A stretch of 64,000 nucleotides of DNA from an uncultured Solirubrobacterales bacterium (GCA_963789505.1 CAWBLE010000013.1:13159-77158); one strand, 5' to 3'; positions 1 to 10,864 are shown, numbered from the stretch's first letter. The notes: generated from the letters alone by a model not told the origin. Numbers and translations: made by a program.

Positions 1-1037
1 CGCCGAAGAAGACCTGCGAGTACTCCTCGTAGGGAAAGGCCTCGAAACCGCGGTAGGCGAGGAAGTCGGAGGAGGTCCACTCCCAGACCTGACCGACGGC
101 GTCCAACTCAGGCCGGGCAACCTCCCACTCATGCTCGGTGGGCAACCGCTTGCCAGCCCAGCGGGCGCAGGCGTCAGCCTCCTGCCAGGAGACATGGATC
201 ACCGGCAGCTCCGGATCGAGCGGCTCGCGGCGGCCCATCGCGGCGTCTACCCAGTTGCCCTCGCCGTCGCGCTCCCAGTAGAGCGGCGGCTCGGTGCCGG
301 TGTCCTCGACGAACTGCGCGTACTCGCCGTTCGCCACCGGCCGATTGTCGATCTCGAAGGGCGCCAGCTCCACCGCATGCCGCGGCCGCTCGTTGTCATA
401 AGCGAAGCCCCGCGCTGGGGCGCCGACCTCGTGCTCGCCGCCGGGCACGGAAAGAGCGTGGGGTGCCTCTCGAACGGGCGGATACTCAAATTGCCGGTCC
501 AACTGGACCGGCAACTGTCCGGGCGAGAGGCACCCCACGCTCTCCACCGCCTCGGGCAACCTGTAGCCGTCGACCATCTGCAGCAGCTGCAGCATCGTCT
601 CGTTGTGCTGCAACTCATGCGCGATCAGCATCTCGTAGGCGAAGCCTTCGCGCAGCAGCGGGTCCGCGGCGCCGGCGTCGATCTCGACCTCGTCGAGAAC
701 CTCGAGCGTGCGCTCGCGCACGTCGGCGAGGTAGGCGCGCAGCTCGCCGTCACGCAGGATCGGCAGCTCGCCGCGGTCCTTGCGCGGGTTCTCGATCGCG
801 TCGTAGAAGCGGCCGAGCTCGCCGTGCAGCGGCTCGCGCTCGCCGACTCGTCTGCACCAGCCAGAGCTCCTCGAAGTTGGCGATGTGGCCGAGATCCCAT
901 GCAAGCGGGCTGAGGATCGGCGAGTAGACACGGTTGAGCTGCTCGTCGTCGAGCGGCTCGATCAGCGCGTAGGTGCGCCTTCGGGCCTCCGCGAGCCGGT
1001 CCGCGATCGCTTCCTTCGAGTGGGGCTGTGCCGTCAC
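1..1037 (-). CDS. egtB: Ergothioneine biosynthesis sulfoxide synthase EgtB. The C-terminus runs off the window start. One apparent frameshift near 850-865.
   Basis: GTG start at 1037. DinB-like N-terminus SPLAWDLGHIANFEELWL (ORF 750-1037). After a frame change the reading stays open to position 1 with an FGE-type domain: ...HEWEVARPELDAVGQVWEWTSSDFLAYRGFEAFPYEEYSQVFFG. Confidence 0.8.
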
Positions 1038-1149
1038 CTCAGTGGCGATGCGAACACACTAACGGGGTCGGCGCGGAAGATGTGACAAAGCGATGAAACC
1101 CGCGGCCGTGCGCAGAGGAGGGCCCGGCGCTGGCCAGAGACTCGCCACC

Positions 1150-1869
1150 TCAGTCGGTGCCGCTCGCCTCGGGGTCACGCCAGACGCGCTTGCGCCAGGG
1201 CGGGCTGATCGCGAAGCGATAGGAGTCCCCCTCGGCGGCGGCGAGCGGCTCCAGCGGGACGAGGTGGACGCGGCGGCCGGGGACGACGCGGTCGATGTCG
1301 CCGAGAAAGCCGTTGGCGTTGCCCGCGTGGCTGCCGCCGGAGACGAGCAGCATGCGTGTCTCCGGCCCCCAGCCGTTCGCGGGCCGCGCGCCGACCGCTT
1401 CGGCTCCTTCCTTCAGCGGCGCGATCCCGGCGTCGGACCCGGCGTTGGCGATGCTCTGGGCGTGGTTGTAGCCGTGGTGGGACGAGGCGCGCTCGTCGAT
1501 CCGCCCGTCGGCGCCGATGCGGACCTGCACCCCCTCCCAATCGTCTTTGTGAAAACCGGCATCCGCGGCGATCGGGACGCCGCGCAGCGTTGCCGAGTCG
1601 GTGTAATAGGTCCAGTACTGGATATAGAGGTTGCCGGCGCGCGAACCCGAGCAGTTGGACCCAGACGGCGATGGCGCTTCGGCGTCCCGGCAATCGACGA
1701 CGTGGACGAAGGCGGTGACGTGTTCGCCGCGGTCGGTCAGGTGGACGAGCCCGCGCGGCGTCCCGTCGCCACACTCGACCGCGCGGCAGCGCCGGAAGTC
1801 GACCGGCAGGGCGCGCGAGCCGCGCTCGAAGAAGATCGTCGGCATGTGCCGGCGCACCAGCCTCCCCAC
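1150..1869 (-). CDS. Hypothetical protein, weakly Vps62/DUF946-like. It may extend to an ATG at 2074 through a frameshift near 1890, which would add an N-terminal membrane anchor.
   Basis: 239-aa ORF with high GC3; motif YIQYWTYYTDS...FHKDDWEGVQVRI. An upstream short ORF from 2074 reads MKERGQATVEWVGLIAVVALLLIGLVA (TadE/Flp-like hydrophobic N-terminus) and stops just before the in-frame stretch DEPALIATYGDD. Confidence 0.5.
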   Translation of the reverse strand: MGRLVRRHMPTIFFERGSRALPVDFRRCRAVECGDGTPRGLVHLTDRGEHVTAFVHVVDCRDAEAPSPSGSNCSGSRAGNLYIQYWTYYTDSATLRGVPIAADAGFHKDDWEGVQVRIGADGRIDERASSHHGYNHAQSIANAGSDAGIAPLKEGAEAVGARPANGWGPETRMLLVSGGSHAGNANGFLGDIDRVVPGRRVHLVPLEPLAAAEGDSYRFAISPPWRKRVWRDPEASGTD

Positions 1870-2117
1870 ATCGTCGCCGTAGGTCGCGATCAGCGCCGGC
1901 TCATCCCCGCAGCCATCTGCAAATCGCGGCTGCGCAGAGCAGCCGCGAAGCGAGCGCGCGCGCCAGCCCCGCTCCCGGCACCCGCACGCCGACAGCTACC
2001 AACCCAATGAGCAGCAGCGCGACGACCGCGATCAGGCCAACCCACTCGACGGTCGCCTGCCCCCGCTCCTTCATGCTCTACCAAGGGCTCAGCGCGTCAA
2101 ACTCTCCCCCTTCGAGA

Positions 2118-2165
2118 AGGGGTATCCCGGTAGGAGTTAAGTGGAGTCCCTGCCGGGATACCCCT
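2118..2165. repeat. Short copy of palindromic repeat family A (17-bp arms with 1 mismatch, 14-nt loop).
   Basis: aggggtatcccggtagg / agttaagtggagtc / cctgccgggatacccct. The loop contains agttaagtgga, the reverse complement of tccacttaact found next to the left arm of the copies at 28257 and 46521. Confidence 0.7.
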
Positions 2166-3582
2166 ACAGGTTGCCGATCTCGGCCGCGATGTCCGCCGCG
2201 GCCTGCTTTGGCGTCGGCGAAGAGCATCGAGGTGTTCGGTTCGTAGAAGAGGTCGTTGTCGATGCCGGCGAAGCCGGGGCTGAGCGAGCGCTTGATCACG
2301 ATCACCTGCTGGGCCTCGGAGACTTCGATGATCGGCATCCCGGCGATCGGGCTGTCGGGGTCGTTCTTGGCCGCCGGGTTGGTGACGTCGTTGGCGCCGA
2401 CGACGACCGCGACGTCGGTGCGCGGCATCTCCGGGTTGATCTCCTCCATCTCCTTCAGCTGCTCGTAGGGCACGTCGGCCTCGGCGAGCAGCACGTTCAT
2501 GTGGCCGGGCATGCGGCCGGCGACCGGGATGGATCGCGTAGTTGACGGTGACGCCGCGCTTCTCCAGCTCGTCGGCGACCTCCTTGATCGCGTGCTGGGC
2601 CTGGGCGACCGCGAGGCCGTAGCCGGGGACGATCACGACCGAGTCGGCGTAGGCGAGCTTGATCGCCGCGTCCTGGGCGCCGATCGAGGTGTGCGGGCGC
2701 TCCTCGCCGTCGCCGCCTCCGCCGCCCGCCGGGGCGCCGCCGAAGCCGGCGAAGAGGATGTTGCCGACCGAGCGGTTCATCGCCGTCGCCATCTCCATCG
2801 TCAGGATCGTTCCCGAGGAGCCGACCAGCGTGCCGGCGACGATCAGCGCGACGTTGTCGAGCGCGAAGCCCGCGGCCGCCGCGGAGAGGCCGGTGAAGGC
2901 GTTGAGCAGCGAGATCACGACCGGCATGTCGGCGCCGCCGATCGGCAGCACGACGAGGTTGCCGAGCAGCGCCGCGGCGATCAGGATCGCGATGAAGAGG
3001 CGCCTGCGAGGGATCGTCGTTGTTGATGGCGATGTCGACGCAGGCGGCGACGATGCCGATCAGCAGCACGACGTTGACCACCTGCTGGCCGGGGACGGCG
3101 AGCGGCCGCGTCGGGATCAGGTCCTGGAGCTTGGCGAAGGCGACGTTCGAGCCCCAGAAGGAGACCGAGCCGACCACCGCGGCGAAGAGGACCGGGATCA
3201 GCGTGTCGAGCGGGATGTCCTCGCCGAGCGAGATCCCGTGGCGGATCTCCGACCAGGCGATCAGCGCCACGGCGCCGCCGCCGACGCCGTTGTAGAGGGC
3301 GACCATCTGCGGCATCTCGGTCATCTGCACGCGGATCGAGGCGATCACGCCGACCGCCGCGCCGACCCCGAGGCCGATCGCGATCAGGCCCCAGTTGCCG
3401 ATCCCGTCGAGCAGCAGCGTCGCGACGACCGCGATCGCCATGCCGCCGGCGGCGATCAGGTTGCCCTGCTTCGCGGTGGTCGGGTGGGTGCCGCGTTTGA
3501 TCCCGATGATGAAGAGCGAGAAGGCGACGATGTAGAGCGCCGTGGCGGCGTCGCCGCCCGGCTTGAGCACGGCCTCGATCAT
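2164..3582 (-). pseudogene. pntB: NAD(P) transhydrogenase subunit beta PntB, interrupted by about 3 frameshifts as sequenced.
   Basis: ATG at 3582 overlaps the pntAB stop. Segments MIEAVLKPGGDAATALYIV..., ...LPIGGADMPVVISLLNAFTGLSAAAAGF..., ...[19 protein letters not shown]...[10 protein letters not shown] and [14 protein letters not shown]-stop (2164-2166) lie in different frames. Shifts are near 3000, 2520 and 2205. Confidence 0.85.
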
Positions 3583-3899
3583 CAGCCCGCCCCGCCCTTG
3601 CCGTCGCCCTCCGCCTTCGGTTTCGGCTTTTTCGAGAACATGCCGAGCATCCGGTCGGTGACCATGAAGCCGCCGACGATGTTGATCGTGCCGAAGGCGA
3701 TCGCGATCGTGCCGATCATGTACTCGAGCGGGTCGTCGGCGTAGCCGACGACGATCAGCCCGCCGAGCATGACGATGCCGTGGATCGCGTTGGTCTGCGA
3801 CATCAGCGGCGTGTGCAGCGTCGTCGGCACCTTCGAGATCACCTCGAAGCCGACGAAGGCGGCGAGCACGAAGATCGTGATCTCGGTGAACAGGCTCAT
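3582..3899 (-). CDS. pntAB: NAD(P) transhydrogenase subunit alpha part 2 (PntAB), intact.
   Basis: 105-aa membrane protein MSLFTEITIFVLAAFVGFEVISKVPTTLHTPLMSQTNAIHGIV..., lying between pntAA and pntB with overlapping or abutting stop and start codons. Confidence 0.85.
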   Translation of the reverse strand: MSLFTEITIFVLAAFVGFEVISKVPTTLHTPLMSQTNAIHGIVMLGGLIVVGYADDPLEYMIGTIAIAFGTINIVGGFMVTDRMLGMFSKKPKPKAEGDGKGGAG

Positions 3900-5021
3900 C
3901 TACCTGGCCGCCCTCTCGTTGCGGATCTCGCCGCCGTGGGTGATGCAGGCGGCGGCGACGATGTCGTCCTCGAAGTCGACCTTGAGCCCACCCTCCTCGT
4001 CGATCAGCAGGCCGAGCAGGTTCTCGAGGTTCTTGGCGTAGAGCTGCGAGGCCGGGACCGGCATCTCGCTGGCGAGGTTGCGCGGGCCGATCACCTTGAC
4101 GCCGCCCTCGACGACGGTCTGCCCCGCCTCGGTCAGCTCGCAGTTGCCGCCGCTCTCGGCGGCGAGGTCGACGATCACCGAGCCCGGTTCCATCGCCGCG
4201 CACCGCGTCGGCGGTGATCAGCAGCGGCGCCGGACGGCCGGGGATCGCGGCGGTGGTGACGATCACGTCCTGCTTGGCGGCGTTCTCGCCGATCGCCTCG
4301 ACGCACCTTCTCGTTCTCCTCGTCGGTCAGCGGGCGGGCGTAGCCGCCCTCGCCTTCGGCGTCGGGGATGAAGTCGAGTTCGAGCGGGCGGCCGCCGAGC
4401 GAGGCGATCTGCTCCCAGGCGGCGCGGCGGATGTCGAAGCCGGTGACGATCGCGCCGAGCCGCTTCGCCGTGGCGACCGCCTGCAGCCCGGCGACGCCGG
4501 CGCCGAGGACGAGCACCTTGGCCGGGCGGCACGGTGCCGGCGGCGGTGGTCATCATCCCGAAGAAGCGGCCCGACTCGCGGGCGGCGATCAGCATCGCCG
4601 CGTAGCCGCCGGCGGCGGCCTGCGAGGAGAGCGCGTCCATCGCCTGCGCGCGCGTCGTCCGCGGGATCGCCTCCATCGCGAAGCTGGTGACGCCGGCGGC
4701 GGCGAGCGCCTTGTTGGTCTCGGCCGCGGTCCAGGGCGCGAGGTGGCCGATCAGGAGCTGGCTGGAGCTGAGCCTGCCGATCTCCTCGGCGGTCGGGGCG
4801 GCGACGCGGAGGACGACGTCGGCGCCCCAGGCGACGTCGGGGTCGACGACCTCGGCGCCGGCCTCCTCGTACTGGGAGTCGGGGTGGCCGGCGGCCTCGC
4901 CGGCGCCGCGCTCGACCAGCGACGTCGACGCTCTCGTTCTTCTTCAGCGACTTGACACGTCAGGGACGAGCGCGACCCGGCGCTCCCCCTCGGCGGTCTC
5001 TTTCGGCACTCCGATCTTCAT
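3900..5021 (-). pseudogene. pntAA: NAD(P) transhydrogenase subunit alpha part 1 (PntAA), interrupted by at least 5 frameshifts as sequenced.
   Basis: ATG at 5021 gives MKIGVPKETAEGERRVALVPDV. Further pieces sit in different frames: ...FAMEAIPRTTRAQAMDALSSQAAAGGYAAMLIAA..., VLVLGAGVAGLQAVATAKRLGAIVTGFD, IVTTAAIPGRPAPLLIT, MEPGSVIVDLAAESGGNCELT...GGEIRNERAAR-stop at 3900. Confidence 0.85.
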
Positions 5022-5036
5022 CTGCGGCGGCGGACC

Positions 5037-6114
5037 TTATGACGACCGGTCTAGGCCGGTGCATTCGACGCCCGCCATCGACGCCAGGCGCTCGAGGGTG
5101 TGCAGCTGCTGGTCGCGCTCGACGTGGACCGGGGAGACGATCAGGCGGTCGATCCCGGCGCCGCGGAAGCGCTCGACCCGCTCCGCCACCTCGGCCTCGG
5201 TGCCGACCAGCGAGGTCGCCTCGACGATCTCGTCGGGCATCGCCTCGAAGGCGCCGCCGCGGTCGCCGTCCTGGTAGCGGCGCTGGACCTCGTCGGCGAC
5301 CTCGCCGAAGCCGAAGCGGTGGGCGAGGTCGACGTAGAAGTTGGTCTTGCGGCTGCCCATGCCGCCGAAGTAGAGGACGAGCCCGGCCTTGACGACGCTC
5401 TTCGCCGCCTCCAGGTCGCCGTCGATCGCCACCTGCAGCGAGGGGCTGACCTCGAGGTCGGAGCGCTGCCGGCCGCCCTTGGCGAAGCCGGCCTCCAGGT
5501 GCTCGCCCCAGGTCTGCTCGAAGGCGTCGACCGAGAAGAAGATCGGGATCCAGCCGTCGCAGATCTCCGCCGCCATCTCGACCGATTTGCGTCCGATCGC
5601 GCCGACGAAGACGGGGATCCGGTTGCGCTCGGGGTGGAAGTTGAGCTTCAGCGGCTTGCCCTCGCCACCCGGCAGCGGCAGCTGGTAGTGCTCGCCCTGG
5701 TGGTCGAGCTTGCCCTCGCGGGCGACGATCTCGCGCACGACTTCGATGTACTCGCGGGTGCGGCCCCATGGCTTCGCGTAGGGGACGCCGTACCAGCCCT
5801 CGGAGACCTGCGGGCCGGAGGGGCCGAAGCCGAAGAGGAAGCGGCCGCCGGAGAGCTTGTCGATCGTCGCCCCGGCCATCGCGGCCGCGGCGGGGGGGCG
5901 GGCGGGCACCTGCAGGATCGCCGCGCCGAGCTTGATCGTCTTGGTCTGCGGCGCCAGCCAGGCGAGCACGCTGACCACGTCGGAGCCGTAGGACTCGGCC
6001 GCCCAGACCGACTCGAAGCCGGCCGCCTCGGCCGCGCTGCACGACCTCAAGGGCGTCCTCGCCCGCGGGGCCGATGCCCCAGTAGCCGAGGTTGAGTCCG
6101 AGCTTCAGCGCCAT
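5037..6114 (-). CDS. LLM-class (luciferase-like) F420-dependent oxidoreductase. One apparent frameshift near 6045.
   Basis: N-terminus MALKLGLNLGYWGIGPAGEDALEVV (frame of ORF 4960-6114) joins AAEAAGFESVWAAESYGSDVVSVLAWLA... (ORF 5037-6050, 337 aa). Confidence 0.75.
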
Positions 6115-6144
6115 CCGCCGGGAACCCTATTGAATGTCGCCCTC

Positions 6145-8569
6145 ATGGCCGCCGCCCCTGCCGACAACGCCGACGCCACCGCGCGCGGCCTCAGCAGCGC
6201 CGAGCCGCGGCCAAGCGCCTGCGCGAGCTCGGCCCGCCGCCGGACACCTCCTCGCGCTCGGTCTCGAGCATCGTCGCCGGCAACGTCTTCACCCTCTTCA
6301 ACGCGATCATCGGCGTCTTCTTCGTGCTGATCCTCTCGCTCGGGCTGTTCGCCGACGCCGCCTTCGGCGTGATCGCGATCGTCAACTCCTACATCGGCAT
6401 CCGCCAGGAGCTGAACGCGAAGAAGACGCTGGACGAGCTGGCCGTGCTGGTTGCCCCGCACGCCAAGGTCGTCCGCGACGGCGAGGTGATCAGCCTGCTC
6501 GCCGAGGAGATCGTGCCCGGCGACGTGATCGCGGTCGAGCCGGGCGACCAGCTCGTCGCCGACGGCGAGGCGATCGCCAGCCGCGGGATGACGCTCGACG
6601 AGTCGATGCTGACCGGCGAGGCCGACGGGATCCGCAAGGACGTCGGCGAGCGCGCGCTCTCGGGCTCGTTCTGCATCTCCGGCTCCGGCCATTACGTGGT
6701 CGACGCCGTGCGCGAGCAGAGCTACGCCGGCAGGCTGGCCGGCGAGGCGAGGGCATTCCGCCATCCGCCCTCGCCGCTGCAGTCCGAGGTCAACCGGGTG
6801 ATCGTCGCCTGCACCTGGGTGATGGTGCCGCTCGCGGCGCTGCTGCTGCTCACCTTCCAGCTGCGCAGCGTCGACCTGGTCGAAGCGGCGCAGACGGCGA
6901 CCGCGGGGCTGGTCACGCTGATCCCCGAGGGCATGGTGCTGCTGATGAGCGTCACCTTCGCCGTCGCCGCCGTGCGGCTGGCGCGCAAAGACACGCTGGT
7001 GCAGCAGATGAGCGCGACCGAGAGCCTCGCCGCGGTCGACACGATCTGCGTCGACAAGACCGGCACGCTGACCGACGGCAAGCTGCGCCTGCTCGGGGTC
7101 GAGGTTGCCGAGGGCGCCGACGCCGACGAGGCGTGCGCGGCGCTGGGACGGTTCGCGGCCAGCGCCGGCGAGCGCAACCGCACCCTGGAGACGGTCGCCG
7201 AGGCGCACCCGGCGACGCCGGGGCGGGTCGGCGGCGAAGTCCCGTTCTCCTCGAAGTGGAAGTGGAGCGGGCTGCGCCTCGGCGGGGTCAGCTACGTGCT
7301 CGGCGCCCCCGACGTCCTCGCCGACGAGCGGCGCGCTGGCGCTGGCGCCAGGCCTCGCCCGCAAGCTCGACCAGGAAACCGCGGCGGGTCGGCGGGTCGT
7401 CGCCTTCGGCTCCTCGCCCGAGGCGCTGCCCGACGACCCGGCCCACACGCCGCCGCCGCGGCTGACGCCACTCGCCCTGGTCGTGCTCGAGGAGACGCTG
7501 CGCGCCGACGCCGCCGAGACGATCGCGACGATGCGCGCCGCCGAAGTCGACCTGAAGCTGATCTCCGGCGACGCCCGGGCGACGGTGACCGCGGTCGCCT
7601 ACGCGGTCGGCGTGCCCGCCGAGGCGGGCGTGATCGAGGGCGCCGAGCTGCCCGAGGACCCCGAGGGGCTCGCCGCCGCAGCCCAGGCCAACACGATCTT
7701 CTGCCGGATCGCGCCGGAGCAGAAGAAGGCGCTGGTCGAGGCGCTGCGCGGCGTCGGGTCGCTACACGGCGATGATCGGCGACGGCGTCAACGACGTGCC
7801 GGCGCTGAAGCAGGCCCGGCTCGCGGTCGCGATGGGCTCGGGCGCCCAGGTGACCAAGGGAATCGCCGACGTCGTCCTGCTCAAGGACCAGTTCGCCCGC
7901 CTGCCCGAAGCGGTCGCCGAGGGGCGGCGGATCGCCCGCAACATCCACCGCCTCGGCCGCCTCTACCTGACCAAGTCGGTCTACGCGGCGGCGTTGATCC
8001 TGCTCGTCGCCGTGCCCGGCTTCGCCTTCCCATTCCTCCCCCGCCATCTCACCCTGGCCGCCTTCCTGACGATCGGCGTGCCGTCCTTCGTGCTGGCGCT
8101 GGCGCCCTCCGACGGGCCGCTCTACCGCGGCCGCCTGCTGCGTGCCCTGGCCGCCTTCGCCGTGCCGGCGGGGCTGGCGACGGCGCTCGGCTCGATCCTC
8201 TGCTTCTTCCTTGTCGACACCGTCTTCGGCGGCAGCCTGGAGGAGGGACGGACGGCGGCGACGACGACGCTGATCGTGCTCGGACTCGCCTTCGTGCTGC
8301 TGCTCGAGCGCGGCCCCGGCCGCGAGCACATCGCGATCCAGAGCTACATGCTGGCGATGGTCGCCGGGCTGGGCGCGCTCTTCGCCCTGATCCTCGCCGC
8401 CGCCCCGGTGCGCGAGTTCTTCGAGATGAGCCTGCTGACCGCGAGCCAGTGGTTCCTCGCCCTGCTCTGCGCGGCCATCGGCCTCACGATCGCCAGCCTG
8501 CTCTGGCGCCTGCCCTACATAGAAGGGCTCGAAGCGCCGGGCTACGAACCGGTCGCCGACCACGATTGA
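6145..8569 (+). pseudogene. Cation-translocating P-type ATPase (HAD-IC family), interrupted by about 3 frameshifts as sequenced.
   Basis: Motifs LTGEADG, CVDKTGTLTDG, MIGDGVNDVPALK, plus a C-terminal membrane domain. Pieces lie in ORFs 6130-6330, 6324-7775, 7105-8577 and 7772-8569. Shifts are near 6195, 7320 and 7765. Confidence 0.85.
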
Positions 8570-8573
8570 ACGT

Positions 8574-8597
8574 TTGATGCCCCCGTGGGGGCATCAA
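8574..8597. terminator. GC-rich hairpin between convergent genes; candidate bidirectional terminator.
   Basis: ttgatgccccc gt gggggcatcaa, perfect 11-bp arms, located between the ATPase stop (8569) and the thioesterase stop (8624). Confidence 0.5.
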
Positions 8598-8623
8598 CTG
8601 TCCAACATGCGAGGCGTGGTCGG

Positions 8624-9067
8624 TCACCCCGGGGGAAGTACGAACTGACTGACTATGAGGTTGGCGGCGAGGCGCGGCTCGGCGCCCTCGCGGCGGCGCT
8701 CCATGCGGACCTCGATCACGACCGTGCTCTTGCCGGCGTGCAGCGGCTCGGCGACGGCGACGATCTCGTCACCGAGCACGCCGGCGGCGAATACGTTCAG
8801 CTTCAGCTCGATCGTCGTGAAGTTGTGCCCGGCGGGGATGTTGCGGAAGGTCGACCAGGCGGCGACGGTGTCGCCGAGCGCGGTCCAGACCCCACCGTGG
8901 ACGAAGCCGCCGGGATGGAGGTGCCGCTCGTCGACGACGATCCGCCCCCGCGCGTGCGTGTCCTCGACCTCCAGCGGCTCGATCCCCAGATCCCCGGGGA
9001 AGCTCCCAGGCAGGAAGTTCCGCACCGAGTCCGGCGTGATCAGCGAGCTGGGATGAGCGTCGGTCAC
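8624..9067 (-). CDS. PaaI-family (hotdog fold) thioesterase.
   Basis: 147-aa intact ORF with ...HPGGFVHGGVWTALGDTVAAW...ELKLNVFAAG... Confidence 0.7.
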   Translation of the reverse strand: MTDAHPSSLITPDSVRNFLPGSFPGDLGIEPLEVEDTHARGRIVVDERHLHPGGFVHGGVWTALGDTVAAWSTFRNIPAGHNFTTIELKLNVFAAGVLGDEIVAVAEPLHAGKSTVVIEVRMERRREGAEPRLAANLIVSQFVLPPG

Positions 9068-9093
9068 AGCGGATGACCATACCGAGAGGGTCG

Positions 9094-9175
9094 TCTGACC
9101 AAGCAGATCAAGGACGCAGTGCGTGTGGCGGGTTTCCGGTCATATCGACCCATAACCCGCCACAGGCGGTCTCAG
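9094..9175. repeat. Intergenic element related to repeat family D; shares modules and has its own 10-bp hairpin.
   Basis: Contains accaagcag and caaggacgcag, both also present in the 39488 and/or 51662 elements, followed by the hairpin gtggcgggtt...aacccgccac (9125-9163). Its right end carries the thiolase stop codon. Confidence 0.5.
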
Positions 9176-10330
9176 TTCATCCGCTCGACGATCATCGCGT
9201 TGCCCTGTCCCCCGGCGACGCACATGGTCTCGATCCCGACCTGGTGGTCATCGGTCTCCATCACGTTGAGCAGGGTGCCCATGATGCGGGCGCCGGTCAT
9301 CCCGAAGGGGTGGCCGAGGGCGATCGCGCCGCCGTGCGTGTTCATTTTCTCCAGCGGGATGTCGCACTCGTCCATGATCGGGATCACCTGGGCGGCGAAG
9401 GCCTCGTTGAGCTCGACCACGTCGACGTCGTCGATCGTCATCCCGGCCCGGTCGAGCACCTTCTTGACCGCGCCGATCGGGGCGACGCCCATGTACTCGG
9501 GCTCGTTGCCGTAGGTGGCGGCGGTGACGATGCGGGCGCGCGGCGTCAGGCCCAGCTCCTTGGCCTTGGTGTCGCTCATCAGCAGCACCGCGGCGGCGCC
9601 GTCGTTGAGCGGGCAGGAGTTGCCGGCGGTGACGCCGCCGCCGCCGAAGGCCTCCGGCAGTTCGGAGAGCTTCTCCAGGGTCGAGCTGGCGCGCGGGCCG
9701 TCGTCCTTGGCGACCTCACTGCCGTCGGGCAGCTTGACCGGCACGATCTCGCGGTCGAAGAAGCCGTCCTCCTGGGACTGCACGGCCAGTTCCTGGGAGC
9801 GCTGCGCGTACTTGTCCATGTCGGCGCGGCTGACCTCGTATTTCTTCGCCACGTTGACCGCGGTCAGGCCCATGTCGATGTAGGCGTTGGGCTGGCCGTC
9901 GGCGCCATGCAGGTTGGGTTCGGTCATCAGCGCCGGCGGGCTCGGTGCGCTCGTTGTAGCGGCTGACCCACTCGACCCCGGCGGCGACGTAGACGTCGCC
10001 CTGGCCGGCCACGATCGCGTTGCCGGCGTGGCGGATCGCGTCGAGGCTGGAGGAGCAGTAGCGGGAGACGGTGACCCCGTTGACCTCCTGCGGCAGCTTC
10101 TCGCTGAGCAGGCTGATGATGCGGCCGATGTTGAACGCCTGCAGGCCCTGCGGCATGCCGCAGCCGCAGATCAGGTCTTCGATCTCGTTCGGGTCGACCT
10201 CGGGGTTGCGCTCGAGCAGCCGGTCGACGACGTAGGCGCCCATCTCGTCGGGGCGCAGCTGGGCCAGCGAGCCCTTGAAGGCACGGCCGATCGGCGTGCG
10301 GATGGTGTCGACGATGACTGCCTCGGGCAT
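9172..10330 (-). CDS. Acetyl-CoA C-acetyltransferase (thiolase). One apparent frameshift near 9935.
   Basis: ATG at 10330 gives MPEAVIVDTIRTPIGRAFKGSL...VSRYCSSSLDAI (active-site Cys region). The C-terminal part in ORF 9172-9927 reads ...NEAFAAQV...NTHGGAIALGHPFGMTGARI...CVAGGQGNAMIVERMN. Confidence 0.85.
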
Positions 10331-10423
10331 GCGGTTCTCTCCTTGAAGTCTGGGAATGGGAAGTGCGGCCCGCAGGCGTATTCGACCCTGCGCCCCGGCG
10401 CGGTTCTCGACTAAGTTAGAGCG

Positions 10424-10843
10424 ATGTCGCTGGAGGGGCTGCGAGCATGGATCGGCGAGGTCGAGCGCAAGCTCGGCAAACGCACGCGCGTCTTCCTCGC
10501 GCTGACCGTGATCGCGATCGGGATCGCCGGCGCCGCTGTCTACCTGGCGATCGACGCGCGCGAAAGCTCGGTCAGCGAGAGCGACGTGCAGGCGCTGCAG
10601 GAAAAACTCGAAACCCGGATCGACGAAGTCAGCGGCTGGCGGCACGGCGCTGCCCGGCGGGCCTGGAAGCCGAACCGGAAACCGCGCCCCGGCGGAAAAC
10701 GAAGCCCAAGCCACGATGGCAAGAAGCAGGGCGGCGGCAGCGGCGACGGGACGAGCGGCGACGCCACCGGCGGCGCCGCGGGCAGCGCCAAATTGCAGGA
10801 ACTGCTCCAGCGGGCGAAGGAACGCGCGGACGCAAACAAGTAG
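10424..10843 (+). CDS. Hypothetical single-pass membrane protein with a low-complexity Gly/Lys-rich tail.
   Basis: 139-aa ORF with the TM segment VFLALTVIAIGIAGAAVYLAI. I recognise no family. Confidence 0.45.
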   Translation: MSLEGLRAWIGEVERKLGKRTRVFLALTVIAIGIAGAAVYLAIDARESSVSESDVQALQEKLETRIDEVSGWRHGAARRAWKPNRKPRPGGKRSPSHDGKKQGGGSGDGTSGDATGGAAGSAKLQELLQRAKERADANK

Positions 10844-10848
10844 ACGTT

Positions 10849-10864
10849 TGTGCCAATTGGCACA
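10849..10864. promoter_or_regulatory. Perfect 16-bp palindrome TGTGCCAATTGGCACA. It is either a CRP/FNR-type 5-6-5 site or a small terminator hairpin.
   Basis: tgtgccaattggcaca is its own reverse complement. It lies 6 nt after the stop of the 10424-10843 gene, is followed by tttgtg, and is about 100 nt upstream of the DUF5679 start. Confidence 0.4.

Noticed and set aside
131-913. 260-aa plus-strand ORF and other overlapping ORFs at 247-927.
   Set aside because: They are antisense or out of frame relative to egtB, whose conserved motifs read through this interval on the minus strand.
1034-1152. Direct repeat cacctcagt at both ends of the egtB/hypothetical intergenic region.
   Set aside because: It is only 9 nt long, one copy overlaps a start codon and the other a stop codon, and there is no associated structure. 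It is most likely chance.
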